Below are positions 38,275-55,329 of a stretch of DNA of 64,000 nucleotides, piece by piece. The notes under the pieces were generated by a model. The model saw only the letters and a program-made list of their open reading frames with translations. It had not been told where the DNA came from and made no database searches. Source of the stretch: Spirogloea muscicola (Eukaryota). The first letter of the stretch is position 1, and each line of letters starts with the position of its first letter. The translations under genes were made by a program, and so were the position numbers. The DNA is taken from the NCBI GenBank assembly GCA_009602725.1, contig WELB01000031.1:180022-244021 (forward strand), given 5' to 3'.

Positions 38275-41200
38275 CCGCCGCCGCCACCGCTGCTGCCGCC
38301 GCTGCCGCTGCAGCCGCCGCCACTGCCTCGGCCGCCGCTGCCGCCGCTGCAGCTGCCGCCGGCAGTGCCGCCTGTGGCGCAATCAACTTCACCACCAACT
38401 CTGCCGCCAACGCCGACGGCACTGCCGGAGCACGCCAAGGTGTTGCAATCGATGCGGCAGGCGTGGCACACCAAGCTGCTTCGCACGGTACAGCGCCACG
38501 CACTGTGCGCCACCCGCGTTCGCGGCCTTGATTCTTCTCATGGCTTGGCTGCCTTGACACTGTGCGTTGCTCGTCTCCTCCCTCGCTCCTCGCTCCACCG
38601 CCTCTGTCAAGCAGACGCTGATCAACGTGGCGAAGAAGCTGCCACGGAATGCGCATGCACAGCTCTTCCTCGGCCTCCTGCACCAGCGCACGCAGCAGCC
38701 CGCCATGGTGCACTCCCATCCCGTGTCGAGCTCCTCCCCTTCCATGCGGCAGGCACCAATGCTGTGCTGCCGCTCGGCCAAGATGCCGCTAGCACTGGAA
38801 GTGCGAGTGACAAGACGTTGCCGGGACGTGCTACCTTCCTCCCTCGCATGGCAGGCAAGCGTGGCGTACGAGAAGGCGATGGAGATTCTGCGCCTCGGTG
38901 ATGAAGTAGGCAGCAAGCCGCGGCTCAAGCTCCTGGCGCTCGCCCAGAATCACCGTGTGCAGGTGAGACTTTCAGCGGTCCGATCATTCATGGACAGTCC
39001 TGCTCATCTTGCGTGTGGTTTGTGGTGCTGACTGTTGCAAGCGACTGAGGTTTGGTGGTGGTGCACAGTGTGCGGTGCAGGCCCGCATGCTGTCGCTGGG
39101 CAGCCGGGATGACGGCGGCAGCTGTGGCAGCGGCGGCACTGGAGGAGGCCCGCAGGACTGGCGGGAGGACGCGCGCGGGGGCGCTGGCGGAGCGGTGGGC
39201 ACTAGCAAGACGCCGCGGGGCCGGGCTGCGGAGCGGACCGCAGCGGAGCGGGCCAACAGTGGGGAGCGGACGGTCACAGACAGTACTGCGCTCACACCAG
39301 AAGGGGCGATGACAGGCTCGGCAGCAGCGCCGGCGGCGTCGGCGCCAGCGCGTGCGGAGACAATGGGACGGAGGGGTGGCGGGGGTCGCGGGGCCAGCAG
39401 TAACGGCGGCGCCGGCAGCACCAGCAACAATGGCAGCAATGGTGGCGGCGCTGCCAATGGTCGCAACGTGGTGGAAACGGCGGCGTCGGCAGTGGCGTCG
39501 ACCGCGGCGGTGGGTGACCGGGAACGGGAGCGGCTGGCAGAGGAGGACGCAGAAACGCTGGCCCGTGAGCTGCGCGCTGCCGCGGCGCTCGACCCGTCGC
39601 AGGCCGCCATCTGGAACAACCTCGGCCTCCTGCTCGCACACTCCAGTCGGCACAAGGTACGGCGCCGCTGCGCAAGCTGCTCGATGCTGTGCTCCTTCAT
39701 GGTCAAGCCTTGCAAGCATTTGAAGTATACGTCATGGAGTTGGGTCAGGTTGAGGGCTCTGCTTATGTCTCTCGCTTAACGCTTGCGTAATAGCTGCCAC
39801 CAAGGTCTCACACTCTGTCAGCCACGTGGCATCCACCAACAGCTGCCCAAGCTGTCACGCTGGCACTCGCTGACGTCCCAACCCGGGCACCACGTGCTGC
39901 CACGCATTGCATGCAGAGCGCGGTTGAGGTCTTCCAGGGCCTGCTGAGCGCCATGCCGGACCATGTGGACGCGCTCGCGAACCTCGGCGCCTGCTACCTC
40001 CACCTGTCAGCCCTGCCACCCACCTGCTGTCGTTGCAGAAACCCCTCCGCTTCTTATCATTGGCAGGCGGTCGTAGCTGCTGCTGCCGCCCACTGGCCCT
40101 GCTGACCGGCCTGCTGGCACCGCTTCCCTTTCCCTGCAGGCACGACATACGGCGGGCAGAGAAGTGCTTGCAGGCAGCGCTCCTGCGGGACAGCTCGCAC
40201 GTTGGTGCCCTCACGACCTACTCTGCACTCCTCCTCGCCCACCCGCCGACGCTGTCAGGTCAGAAGCGGCCAGCCATGTCCGCTGCACCGTCAAAGCAAG
40301 CCATGATTTCAGTAGGCCGGCTGATGGTTGCTCCTGCCTTGGCCCGGGCCTCGCTGCCACCCCTCCTCCTCTATCTCTCTCCAGCTCTCCAGCTCTCTCC
40401 CTCTCTTTTCCTGCTTCTGTGTGTCGTGCCCTCCCTTCCTTCCTCTACCTTTCGCCTTCCCACTCACACCACACATGGGCCTTAGCTTCTCGCCCTGAGG
40501 ACATGTGTGTGTTCACTTGCGTGAGCATTCTGTACGACTCTGGTGCTGCAGCGGAGGGACTTCGCAAGGATGGGCAGCACGCGCGTGCGGGCAGCGCAAC
40601 AATTGCGCAGCGGTGCCTCGAGGCGGCACTGATGGACAACACGCGCTCGGGCGCGATCTGGACCAACCTCGGCGCGGCGTTTGTGGGGCAGGGCAAGCCG
40701 GCCGCTGCCAGCCGCTGCCTTGAGCAGGTGAGCTCGGCCGAGATGACAGCAGGGCTTGCTGCAAGATGGAACAAGCTACAACGAGGCAATGATGCAGTGC
40801 TGATGGCTGGTCCTGCAATGGCGGCTGCACCTGCGGCCCTGTGCCTGCTTGCAGGCTGCGCTGCTGGAGCCGCGAAGCCTGGCGGTGAGGCTGGTTGTGG
40901 CGCGACAGCGCGTGCGGGATGCTGAGCTGTGCGAGGACCCACGCGAGCAGCTGGGGTGGGCAGCCAATGAGATGGCATCACTCCTCCGCGAAAAGAGCAG
41001 CGTGCCACTGCGCGTCGCTTGGGCAGGCCTTGCGCTCGTCAATCGTGCGCAGTCGGAGGCCGCTGCGGCGCTCGACGAGGAGGACGCTGTCAAGGAGTAC
41101 GAGGAGCGCGTACTCCACACACTCCAGCAGGTGGAACACTCAAGTCTCAGGGGAGATATGGAGCCAATTACTGGTCAGAGTTGAGCATCCAGGCAGAAGT

Positions 41201-42238
41201 GTTAACAGATGAACATAGAGGCTTCACCTTTGGCAGCTCACATTTGTCCGTATGATCTGCAACTAATTGCTCGGAGAAAATTTGGCCGTCTGATTGTCGA
41301 GGGGGCTCTGCTGGCTGCCATTGCTCCAGGCAGCGGAGGAGGAGCCGTCCGAGGCGGCTGCATGGCAACAGCTGGGCGAGCACGCCCTCAGCATGCTGCA
41401 ATTTGGTGCTGCTCAGGCGTACCTTAAGTCATCCATTGGCCGTTGCGGCACTGCTGCGACGGCCTGGTCCAACTTAGGTATTGCAGTGCAGCTGTCAGAG
41501 GACCCGAGTCCCGCGGAAGCGGTGTACAAGCGCGCGCTGAAGTTGGCAGGCCCGCTGGAGCGGCATGCTGTGTTGTCCAACCTTGGCAACCTGTACCGGC
41601 AGCAGCGCCGCTTTCCGGAGGCGCATGCTGTGTTTGCGGAGGCGCTGGAGTTGTGCCGTGAGTTTGCACCGGCGTGCAACAACCTCGGCCTGCTCCTGGT
41701 GGCGCAGGAGCGTTGGGACGAGGCGATTGCCGCTTTCGATCGCGCGCTTGCGTCTGACCCCTCGCTCGACGCCGCCAAGTCGAACGGCATGAAGGCTGCC
41801 GCTCTGGCCAAGAAGGCTCGGGAGGCTGACAGCGGCCGTGCTGAAAGTCGAGGAGGAGAAGCAGAGGAGAAGCCCTCACCCGCCTCGCCACGGCCGCCAA
41901 CTGCTGCCGCCAAGCAGCTACAGTCCCAGCATGCAGCAAAAGGCGAGGCCCTGGTGGAGGCCAATGGCCACGCTCCCTCTTTGCTGCTACATTCCGCAGC
42001 GCACAAAGGCCAACATGGGGATCTCGCTGCCGCGCCACCACCATTGTCCGACTCTGGGGCTGCCGGCTGGCAGAACCCTTTTGCATCTGTATCGCCTCAC
42101 CATTTGCCCCTGCAGACCAGCGAGGCGCACATTGGCGCCGCGCACTGTGCCACCAGTGGCAGTCGAAACCACTCGACTCCACGGTTGCACGTGCCATCCT
42201 CGCAGCAGGAGCCCTTTCCTCTCCCCTCTGTCTCGTGA
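38275..42238 (+). CDS. TPR-repeat protein (plant-type), multi-exon; start uncertain
   Basis: TLINVAKKLPRNAHAQLFLGLL, AYEKAMEIL, AAIWNNLGLLL, PDHVDALANLG, GAIWTNLG, AWSNLGIAVQLSEDPSPAEAVYKRAL and AVLSNLGNLYRQQRRF; stop at 42236-42238. Confidence 0.88.
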
Positions 42239-42686
42239 TTAGACTTTCAAAGTGCCAGTGGTCCAGTGCTAGTAGCAACTATCAGTTTCCTGTTGGCATG
42301 CTCACTTACTACCCGTTGTTGAGCACTTGATGTGCGCAGCTAAGTCTTGAAAGGACTTTGCTTATATGACACAAATCCCGTCATGGTTGCAGAGGTCCAC
42401 CTCATCAAGAAATTTACTGGAATCAAGAGGACTGCATGCACGTGTTGCTGCAGCAGTACGATTGCAACAGGCGCAGGGTTTGTAACATTTACGCATCACT
42501 AGAGCTTGGGGCTTGATCCTCATAATCAGAAGCCTCTAGCTCAAATGAGATGCAAAAATTGCTATAGACCCGTCTTGACTGCATCGGCAGACTATCGCAG
42601 CCGGGTGTCTTGCAGCTAGGTCTGCTGCTGCTGTAGACTGCTGAGCCTCCAAGCAGCCATACCGGAGTCAACAGTCTCATGCCAAA

Positions 42687-44954
42687 TTAGACATCTGCTG
42701 CACAATGGTACCCATCTGGTTTGTACCAGTGAGTGAAATCAAAGCCCTTGCTCTTGAGCTCCTCCGTGGGTGGCGCTATACGCTGCAGCAGCTGAAAACA
42801 ACGCATTGCCCACCAATGCCGCCTGATCAGACGACCGCCTGCAAGCGCTGATGTCACCTTGCAAGAATGTGAAGTGCTGCCAATGCCAACCGTCAAATTT
42901 AAGCGCCGCAGCTTGCAGAGTTGCGATAAGTTGCGTGGTCATTTTGCTTGTAGCCACAGAGGCTTCACCTGATCATGCAATTTCGAGTTGGAGACGAGCA
43001 CGGAGCGATCGAAGACTGTAAAGTCCCCCCCGTCCATGCGAGTCACTTTGCCCCCAGACTCCTCAACAATCTGCCGCATGGCGCAGCAGGTGCCCAAAGG
43101 GCATGAGATCCTGCAACAGTTGCTCTGCACGAGATGCACCCTTGATCAGAGGCCTTTTACAACTAGCAGAGTTAGGAATGGGAGCTGAAGTATCAGGTGG
43201 CCACCAGGACGCCAGCAGCCATGTCCCAGGGCTTGAGCTGGAATTCCCAGTATGCATCCACAATCCCAAGCGCCACGTGGCACATGTCCACAGCTGCCGC
43301 TCCTAGTCGTCTGACTCCCTGAGGCAGCCAGTGTGAGCAGTGCCGAGTTTAAAGACTGCAGGCTGACGACACAACTCTGCGAGTACCATGGTGGAAGGGA
43401 AGGAGTTAGCTGCCAGACCCTGCTGATGTCTGTGAACTCTCTGAAGAGCTCGAGATTGGTGGACCATGCCTCGTTGTGATTGTACCCGAAGCCTGTGGTG
43501 AGCAGGGACTTCTCCACCTACGACATTGCACCACCATCAGTTAAGCTTACAGCACTATGCTGCTACTGTATCCTGTATTCCAGATGCAACTGCCTTGCAC
43601 GCAGATGCGGAGAGGACGTCACCCCCAACACGCGCGTATGATGCACATTTTGGAGGGGATGAGAATGCACCTGATCAGTGTCGCTCGGCTTGATGGCATT
43701 GCCGTTGCAGGTAGCGCCAAGTCCTGATTCCAGGAGCACGACAACTCTGTGAGCTGTTCTCACAGGTAAGCATTGTGGGAGCTGCATGTCTGCTAGTGTG
43801 GCACTCACCAGAGCCTGCCGTAAATGTCCTGGTGACCCAGCATTTGGGCCCGCCTGCAGACGAGGGTTGCGCTCGTTCTAGGACTTAACCCACCTGCATG
43901 ATGCCACCTCGATTGCAAGTCACGTCTTACTGCATACGAGTGGCTTTCAACAGCGTTAAGTAGCAACAAGTCAGTCTTGCAGGATTCGTTCGGTACTGAA
44001 AGCATCGCAAGCAACAACAGTGGGCTGCAGCAGCACGCTCGGGTCGCCGCCCCCCACCACACAAGCAGCCACTGGCCTGCCCTTGCACAGCACCGCGACG
44101 GAGGTGGCAAAGCAGGGGTAGCCATGTGCAAAGTTGGTGGTGCCATCTGCAAGCGGCGCACCAGCCTTGTCAGCGTGCATTCCTGGAGATCATTGTAAAC
44201 TGGGCACTGAGGAGCGGAACAACGGCGGCATTGGCGCAGGGAAGCGGGCAGCGGTGCCAACCGAGGGGGTCGATGCACCAGAGGTACTCGGAGGAGGGGT
44301 CGCCGGAGACGCCGCCCTCCTCGCCCAGCAGCAGATGGTCTGGAAAGGCCTCCCGGATGCGCGCCACTACCGCCAACTCCGTCTTGTTGTCGGTGCTGCG
44401 ATAGCGGGCCGTCCATGAATTCAGTTGGCTGCGGACGGCGACTACGTGCTCCACCGAGTCGTGGCTTGGTGGCTCGCTCACTCGGTGACGAGGTCCGCAG
44501 CGCCCTTGTAGGAGATGTTGCGCGGCTTGTCCAGGGCCAGCTTGATGACCTGCCGGCGGCCATGACGCAGACCCATTGTGCGGGAGGGTGGTGTGTGTCC
44601 TCAGAACCGGCACCTGCGCACCCAGCTGCAGCAGCGTCGGGAGCAGCAGGGCCTCCTGCGCACCTCGGAGCCCTGCATGGCCGCCGCCTCGGCCGCGGCG
44701 ACAAGCTCCCGCAGTGCCACGCTGCCTGGCAGCGCCAACGCCGCACTGCTGAGCGCCGTTTGGGGTTATGGATTTGGCTTTTGGGTAATGGCTGGACGAC
44801 GGGCGAAGCGGAGGCGGCGGCGGACCTGTGGTGCGGCCGCCGACGCGGAAAGCCGAGGTGGGCGCCGCGGCTGTGGCGGCCGACGCCTCTGCCGCCGCCG
44901 CNGGCGGCGCGCGGGTGGCAGGAGGCGGGCGGCGCACGGCGCAGCGGCCGCCAT
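42687..44954 (-). CDS. IMPL1: Plastid myo-inositol monophosphatase-like 1
   Basis: Ala/Arg/Ser-rich transit-like N-terminus, KPRNISYKG..DLVT, LLGEEGG...EYLWCIDPL|DGTTNFAHGYP, GVRRLGAAAVDMCHVALG, LKPWDMAAG and FDFTHWYKPDGY. Confidence 0.95.
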
Positions 44955-45049
44955 GGCTGCACCTCGCAGCGCGCCGCCGGCGCCGATCGCCGCCATCAGC
45001 CTGCAGGACCGTCCGTGCTGTTGTGCCACACGTGACCGATACGGACACC

Positions 45050-45730
45050 TTTCGGCCCATTCTGGACCTGATTCATTCCCTCTTGGGCTGGCCTTTCACA
45101 GCCACTGCATTTTCTGGTGACGAGCTGTGTGTTTGATCAAGGGAAAGACTCTTCCAGTAGAGGGCCATGGTTGTGAGTGGCCCAGCCCAGAAGAAAGATC
45201 GAACCAACCTCTCTGGTCCGAAGGGGCCAGAAAACGGCTGAAGCACACGGCGACTCCGATGGCCACTATATACAGACTCTCTCGTCTTGGACCTTTCCTA
45301 GACAACAGAGAGTACCGCACTCGCCAAATAAAGAAACAGCACTTCCAATGTAACACAGTGGCAGGGCGCTGGCAACCGTACAGCGTCGATAAGCCAGATT
45401 AGCGAAGCAACAGGTGCTGACTGGCTTATCTCATGTGGCAGGCAACGCAAAGTGTCAAGGAGAAATGAGAGCAAGGTGGAAGTGAGAAGCGAGAAGCGGT
45501 ACGGTTGCTTGAACGAGAGTCGAACAAGCACATAAGCCGCGTATGAATCGGCCAGTGTGAAAAGCCAACCCAAGGTTTGAAGAAGGTCTGAAGGGCAAAG
45601 GAGGTCGATCTGTAATAGTTGATGGATGAAGGAATAACCGTACACCATAACAAACTTACTTCGGAAGGGGCCAATGGTCGTGGAAGGCCAACCCAAGAGA
45701 GACCGGACGAGGTCTGAAGTGGCCAGAAAG
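45050..45730. mobile_element. Old CRE-like 3'-end relics
   Basis: Diverged units such as ctcttccagtagagggccatggttgtgagtggcccagccc and gggctggcctttcacagcc. Confidence 0.55.
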
Positions 45731-46260
45731 CACTGATTGCACAGCTGTGTACGTGGCTACTACTGTTGGGTGCTGAACAACCCCTGGTCAGAAGCCATGT
45801 AAAAGCTGCGGTGATGCTGGGCTTATACAGAGCTTCTCAAGCAGCTGCGAGAGCTCTGCCGACCATGCCAGAGGCAGGCGCAGTACTGCAATGAGCTGCC
45901 GCTCTGCCCAAGTTCAGCGGCGGCTTCTCTGCTTCAAGTCCAGCCAGTATCTTGTAATTTCTTAGCAATAATTGACTGTTATCAAATCAACAATCTTTGC
46001 AAATGAAGGCAGCCTGGCACACGTGTATTTCCAACTTGCCTTGAGTAGCTGACTTGATCTGTACATACAATTGCCGCTTCCAAGTCAACTGTGGCATGCG
46101 GCATTTATTGCTGCTTCTCTGGGTACCTGCCCAGCTTGCTCACAATCCCAGAAGGATGAGCATGCTTGGCTGGCTCAGCATGGCAACTTGAAGATGTGAG
46201 GATGGCACGACGCACCGGGAGCCAGTGTAGAAGGGCATGCAGGCAAGCCGCCTCCTCAAC

Positions 46261-46330
46261 GGGCACTCTGCTCGGGCCAGCACCATGTTTTGGAACACTG
46301 CGGGGCTGGCCGTCATGCTGGGTGCACCAC
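46261..46330 (-). promoter_or_regulatory. Candidate SECIS element (form 2) in the 3' UTR of the thioredoxin reductase
   Basis: Minus strand: GCAC-ccagc-AUGAC GGCCAGC C CC GCA GUGUU ccaa AACAU GG U GCUGGCC CGAG-caga-GUGC. It has an AUGA/GA core, a ~10 bp helix II and an apical minihelix, ~120 nt after the in-frame UGA. Confidence 0.8.
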
Positions 46331-46431
46331 CAACCTCCCTCGGCTATGCCTATCTGCTGCTGCTGCCAGCGCCCCCACCTGCCGCCAATATCTGGCGGCA
46401 TCCTGGGTGAGCCGGGCGCATGGCAGCGAGC

Positions 46432-49743
<3,312 letters not shown>

Positions 49744-51505
49744 NNNNNNNNNNNNNNNNNNNNNNNNNNNNNNNNNNNNNNNNNNNNNNNNNNNNNNNNN
49801 NNNNNNNNNNNNNNNNNNNNNNNNNNNNNNNNNNNNNNNNNNNNNNNNNNNNNNNNNNNNNNNNNNNNNNNNNNNNNNNNNNNNNNNNNNNNNNNNNNNN
49901 NNNNNNNNNNNNNNNNNNNNNNNNNNNNNNNNNNNNNNNNNNNNNNNNNNNNNNNNNNNNNNNNNNNNNNNNNNNNNNNNNNNNNNNNNNNNNNNNNNNN
50001 NNNNNNNNNNNNNNNNNNNNNNNNNNNNNNNNNNNNNNNNNNNNNNNNNNNNNNNNNNNNNNNNNNNNNNNNNNNNNNNNNNNNNNNNNNNNNNNNNNNN
50101 NNNNNNNNNNNNNNNNNNNNNNNNNNNNNNNNNNNNNNNNNNNNNNNNNGGGGTCGCCGGCCGGGGCTCAGCCCGGCGCTCGAGGCCGTGCGGCGCGCCC
50201 GCCTGGTCGCCGTCGCGCCTGGCGGCGGCCCACGCACTGTGGCGGACGTGGTCGTTGAGGACGCCTTTGGCCGCTCCAGTGCGGCCTCTCAGCCGTGAGA
50301 TTAATCAGCGCCGCCTGCGGCGATGAACTCCAGTACGCCGGCCATCAGGTCGAGGATGGGTTTGTAGACGTCTACAGGGCGATCCAGGCTCACGTGGCTT
50401 GACCTCCTGCACCGGCTCGCGTGATTAGCGGTGTTCCAACGGCAGCAAGGGAGCTGCCAACCTCGACGACACGGGCTGTCTGGCCCTTGTGTTCGGCATG
50501 CATCCTCCCATCTCGCTGCAGCATTACCTTTGCCTATGCCTTTCCATCTGCGTGCTGGCTGTGTCCTGGCTTCCGCCTCAGGCCATAGGCCGGGCGACTC
50601 CTTGTCGGCTGCTGATTCCCATCTGAGAGGTCACTGAGCGGCCATCCGAAGTGCTCACTTTCTGTCTGCGTGCTTACAGCGTTCTCCGATTATTTGAACC
50701 TTGTCCACCCATTTTGTGCTGGCCTGTCACAGCCATTGCCCCCGTCTTGGAAGAGCTTCTTCTGCGTGAGTAGTGCTTGCACGCGAGCACGCACGAACTC
50801 CAGGTCATGTATTGCGCTGCTCAATGTGTCGTGGCTCACATTCTGAGCGGCCCTTCTGGAGCTTGCAGCGGGCTCCTAGGCAGGGGCAGAGCGCCGACCA
50901 GCCCGCCTGCAGACAGCAACAACCAGCTAGGCGCAGGCTTGCACGCGTCTCAAGGTGCAGCTCACTCGAGCGGAGGTGCAGGCTGGTCATTGCGATAGCC
51001 ACGATAGGCACTGGAGGCGACTTGTTGCTGCCGCAAGACCTAGGGGTTCTTACCAGTACTATGCCATTCCCTCCCCTGGCTGCTCCAGAACCCGAAGAGA
51101 TGCTCGTACAGAACCAGTCGCTATTGCTGCAAGTATGCTTAAAGCTGTATCCCATGTGCTCTGCCCAAATTCAACAACGATAGCAGGCCACTAATACTTT
51201 GACACTGACAATGAGCCTAAAGCTTACCACTTACATTTGCTTAAGAGCATTATTGATGTTCAGGCAGGTACTGCATGTGGCAGTGGAGCCTGGGCGACTC
51301 CAGTAATGGTCATCTAGGGTATTTACAATGGCAACAAGGGCGATCATAGGCAGAACCTGGAGCCAGCACCCAGATCTGCCGGAGTGACCTCTTATGTACA
51401 AGCCTACATGCTTACTGCGTATTTCATACGCTGCAAACCCAATGAAGAACCACAGATCGGGTCGACCACGAGTGACTGCTGACCTGTAGTGCCCCACTTC
51501 CATCT

Positions 51506-54500
51506 TCAAATCTGGCCATCTTCAGACAAGATGGCGAGGCCCTTCCGCTCTCTCCTCTTAGCCGACATAATGGCCTTGTGCGTAGCCGCCTGCATTGCAC
51601 TTCCGAGGACCTCATCTGCCTTTTCACGCCCCGGCGCTTGAGCTACTCCGGTCGCGGAGACTTCATATTCAACAGCTGCTTCACCAGGCTGAGGCCGTAG
51701 CGCTTGAGCCTCCGCATGCACTTCTGCCATGGGGCCGACACCTTCGTCCCAATTGCCAGTAGTAATGGCCACTGTCACCCTGCTGCTCCTGCTATCACTG
51801 CCCAACTCCTTGAGTCTCGGCTGGGAAATCTCAAAGTCAACGGCTTTCTCTTCGACTGGGTGAGTGTAGATGACACTGCCGGTCATAGACTCCTCAATCT
51901 CGGCCCTCGAAGCCACAAGCACGCAGTCAGTCTGTGGATCGTAGTCAGCATCGTAGCTCCCAACTTCAAGCCAGTGCTGCAGCACCCTGAACACCCGCTT
52001 GTCTCGCAGCACACCTCGGTGCTCACCAGACACCCCAATCCTGCAAGTCGCCTCTAGGCCATCTGCCTGCAAGCAGTGATGGCCAACACCCTGTAAGCAT
52101 AGGCGAAAGCATGAATACATACGACGGGGCATTGAATGAGTGACTTGCTCTTCATGTGTGCTCAATGCTCTGCAAAGTAAAGAACCGCAGACGAGCCTGT
52201 TGTTGCTGCCTGTTTCACCTTGGCAGACTCAACAGGGACGGTGCCGTCTCCATCGACATACTCAAAGACAGCCTGCATTGAAGAGACACTCCAGTCAGGC
52301 AAATATGTTTTCTTTGCAGAATCCTCCATGCAGCATGCCACAACAGTAGATGCTGCAAGGATTATGCGGCTACAGTCAAAACTTTGATGTCGACCTCAGT
52401 GTGCAGGATGTCTTGCATGTCCTCAATGGGATTGTCTGGTGATCCATAGCTGTTCTCACATGACAAGCTTGTAAATACGAGAGCAGAATGAGCTGGAAGA
52501 CAAGCAAGTGGAAATGCACCATGTAATATTAATTTATAAACTGCTGAGAACATGCAATCTCCACCACAAAGAGTGTGTCATTAAACAGGTAGAACATGCA
52601 AGCAGCAGGCGTCTGGCCGAAATACCGGGTATGAAAGGCAGTGTCAATTGAGTGCCCATGGATATTGTAGAACTTGCAGCTCTTGGGCAGTCTCGCTGAC
52701 TTCCATTGCTCTCGTGTTTCACACGCCCACTCCACAATCTGAGGATTTAGCGGCAGTGGCAGCTCCCTGCCGTCCAGCTTCAACTGCACGGCACCAAGTA
52801 GCAAATCAGGAGGGTGCCACGAAAAGCTCACAAGACAAGCGCTGCATCAGCAATGCGAGGAATGCAGTACGTGACACTGAAGCGACACATGCCTTCCTGC
52901 TTGAGGGTGCAGGACTAGGTGCTTACAACGTTCTTCTTTAGCGCCTCGGCCATCACGTGAAGTGCACGTCCTGGGCCATGTCTCTCAATGGTGACCCTCC
53001 CAGTGGCTCCCTTGGCCCCATCCTCGTCTCCTCCTTGACACCGTTCCTTGCGGCAGATGCGGAGTTCCGGGGGGATAGCCCACTCAAAGTCGTCGTCTGC
53101 CAGCATTTCGTAGACAGAAGGGCATTCCACAAGCTGGCTTGATCAAAGAGGCCAAAGAGAGTCATCAGGGTCCACCAACAGCTCAAACACTTCACTGCAC
53201 GTAAAGGATGCCATGCAATTGTCAGTGGGGCAGCAGGGCTGCTACCAGCTGATGCAGGCTCCATTTTGCCACAAATAGGTCCTTCTGCCAACCCTTCACA
53301 AATTCAACTCCTGTTAAGAGCGAGTCTGTAATGAAGCCAGGGGCACCTGCACAAGCACATTACTGCTCCTCAGGAGAAGAATATATCCAGGCCTAGCAGA
53401 AAATGTTCCCAGCATGGCATTGGCATGCTTAATCACATGACAATTTCGGCAAAGCCAGGGGCTCAGAAGCCTCACCGCGGAAGGGACTTGCGATGGTTAT
53501 CCAGGTATGCACATATTTCTCAAAGGCCTCCTTGTGGAGAACCAAGAACGATTTCAAAAGCAGCCCTCCCATGGAGTGGGTGATGATGTCCACCTTCATG
53601 CCACCAGACACTTGATACATCTCCTCAAGCTTTGCAAGAAGGGCAAGCATGGTCTCCTCCAACCTGCGACATGGTATGGAGGCGGGAAGCCAATCACTTT
53701 GACAGTATGTACCATATATTAGCTGGGGAAGCTGGTATGAGGAAGCAGACTGAGAAGCTGACAAGGAGGGCTAGTGCAGCTTCGACCAGTATCAAGCGAA
53801 GGTGCAAACGAATGCCAAGAAAGACATGCTTAGAGAAGCGCAAGGTCGCCCGATGACTCCACAAAAACCCCTGTAGATAGCAGTTAGCACCTGTTACTCT
53901 GCCTGAAGTCATAACCAAAGCCAAAGAGAGTCTCTCCTTCTTTGTAGCCCCACTTCTTCATCTCGAAGATGAGGTGCTGGTAGTAGCACAGTGCGTCCAG
54001 CGGTATCCTCTGCAGCCAGCAAGCACACATGAGAGGTTGTGTGAAAATGTGCTGAAGAAAAGGAGTGGCAACAAGCATAGCTCAAGATGCGCAGTCAATG
54101 CCACTTTTGCTCACCACATCAGGGTCAAGGTTGGAGCAGCTGTACAGGCCGTAGTTATCCTGCGGCACCCTGATGACGGTCTTATCATCAAGAGACTCGC
54201 TCTTGCCTGCAGGGCCAGCATCACATAGAGCCTTTCAGGACAGACAATGCTTCCTGTGTGCTGGCTAGACCAGTAGGTTGTATTGCTAGGTCAACTTGAG
54301 CACAAGTTCTCTCTGCCTCGCTTGTCCTTATATCGCCCCGCCACAGTTCTACAAGACATTCGTCGGAGCAGGGGCGCGCATCAGGTGCTGCTACGGACGC
54401 TACACTGCCTCTCCACCGCCGTCCGCCTCGAGCAGGGAGGGTCACGCAGCTAGCCTTGCATGTGCGGCTGACAGCCACGACCCACAGCGGAGCCTGCGTC

Positions 54501-54831
54501 ACGACGCCCATAAACTGCGCCCAGCGACGGCCACTGCGCGAACGAAGGCGGAGGCGCATGGCCAGCGCTGACCTGTGCGGGGGTTGTACTTGGACCAGAG
54601 CTTGCGGCGGAAGACGGCGTCGGCGTGGAAGAGGCGCACCCAGATGCGCTCCTCGCGGCCGTCGTCCGCGGCGGCGTTCAGGATGGAGCCGCCGATGCCC
54701 GGCACTAGCAGCACCGGCCGCTTGGGAGTGGCCTCGCCGCCGCCGCCGCCCGGGTGCGGCCGCGGGAAAGGCCAGGGCCAGCGCCAGCCCCAGTGCACGA
54801 GCTGTGCCAGCGTCGCCACCAGGCCGGGCAT
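51506..54831 (-). CDS. LCAT3/LCAT4-like phospholipase A (lecithin:cholesterol acyltransferase family)
   Basis: RPVLLVPGIGGSIL...IWVRL..AD..FRRKLWSKYNPRTG, LFGFGYDFRQSNR, VDIITHSMGG, ECPSVYEML, VDGDGTVP and GEHRGVL. Confidence 0.93.
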
Positions 54832-55329
54832 GGTCCGCCGGCGGCGGCGACGGTGGCGGCGGCGGCGGCGCGCGGACGCTGGCCGGGTGTCGACGAGGTC
54901 AGCGGCAGGGCCACCGTGCGGCGGCTTCTGGACGTCGTCGGGGAGGCACAGGGGCTGGCCAATTTGCCGCCCGGTAGTCGGGCATCAGTTAGGGACCTCC
55001 ATGTGCCGACTCGTTGTTACTGAGCAGGTCAGCTTAACAGCATGGCGATGTACGTCTGTCGATGTGCTTGCCTTCGTACTCGGCCACTCAGGCCCTCCAT
55101 CACTCAACACACTCTCCATTACTTGGTACGCTAGCAATGCGCATGTTGTGAAAGTGTGGCCGATCCAAGTCAACACTGTTCGGGCAAAAGTTAGTGCACA
55201 ATCTGGGGCTTGATAGACCGAAGCACTATCCTGAGGAAGGGGCGCGATCATCGAAGCAGCTCTGCCAAAGAGAGAAGTGGTGCCAAAGGGCGCGAGGGCT
55301 GGGAATAGGCAGCTTGGTGATACCCAGTG

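Noticed and set aside
38256..38365. Poly-Ala ORFs on both strands
   Set aside because: Low-complexity GCC-type repeat, best read as the Pro-rich N-terminus of the TPR gene.
50150..50300. RARLVAVAPGGGPRTV as a CRE RT motif (also RPLAIGE near 32370)
   Set aside because: Too short and GC-biased; 50150-50300 could equally be the 5' region of the thioredoxin reductase gene.
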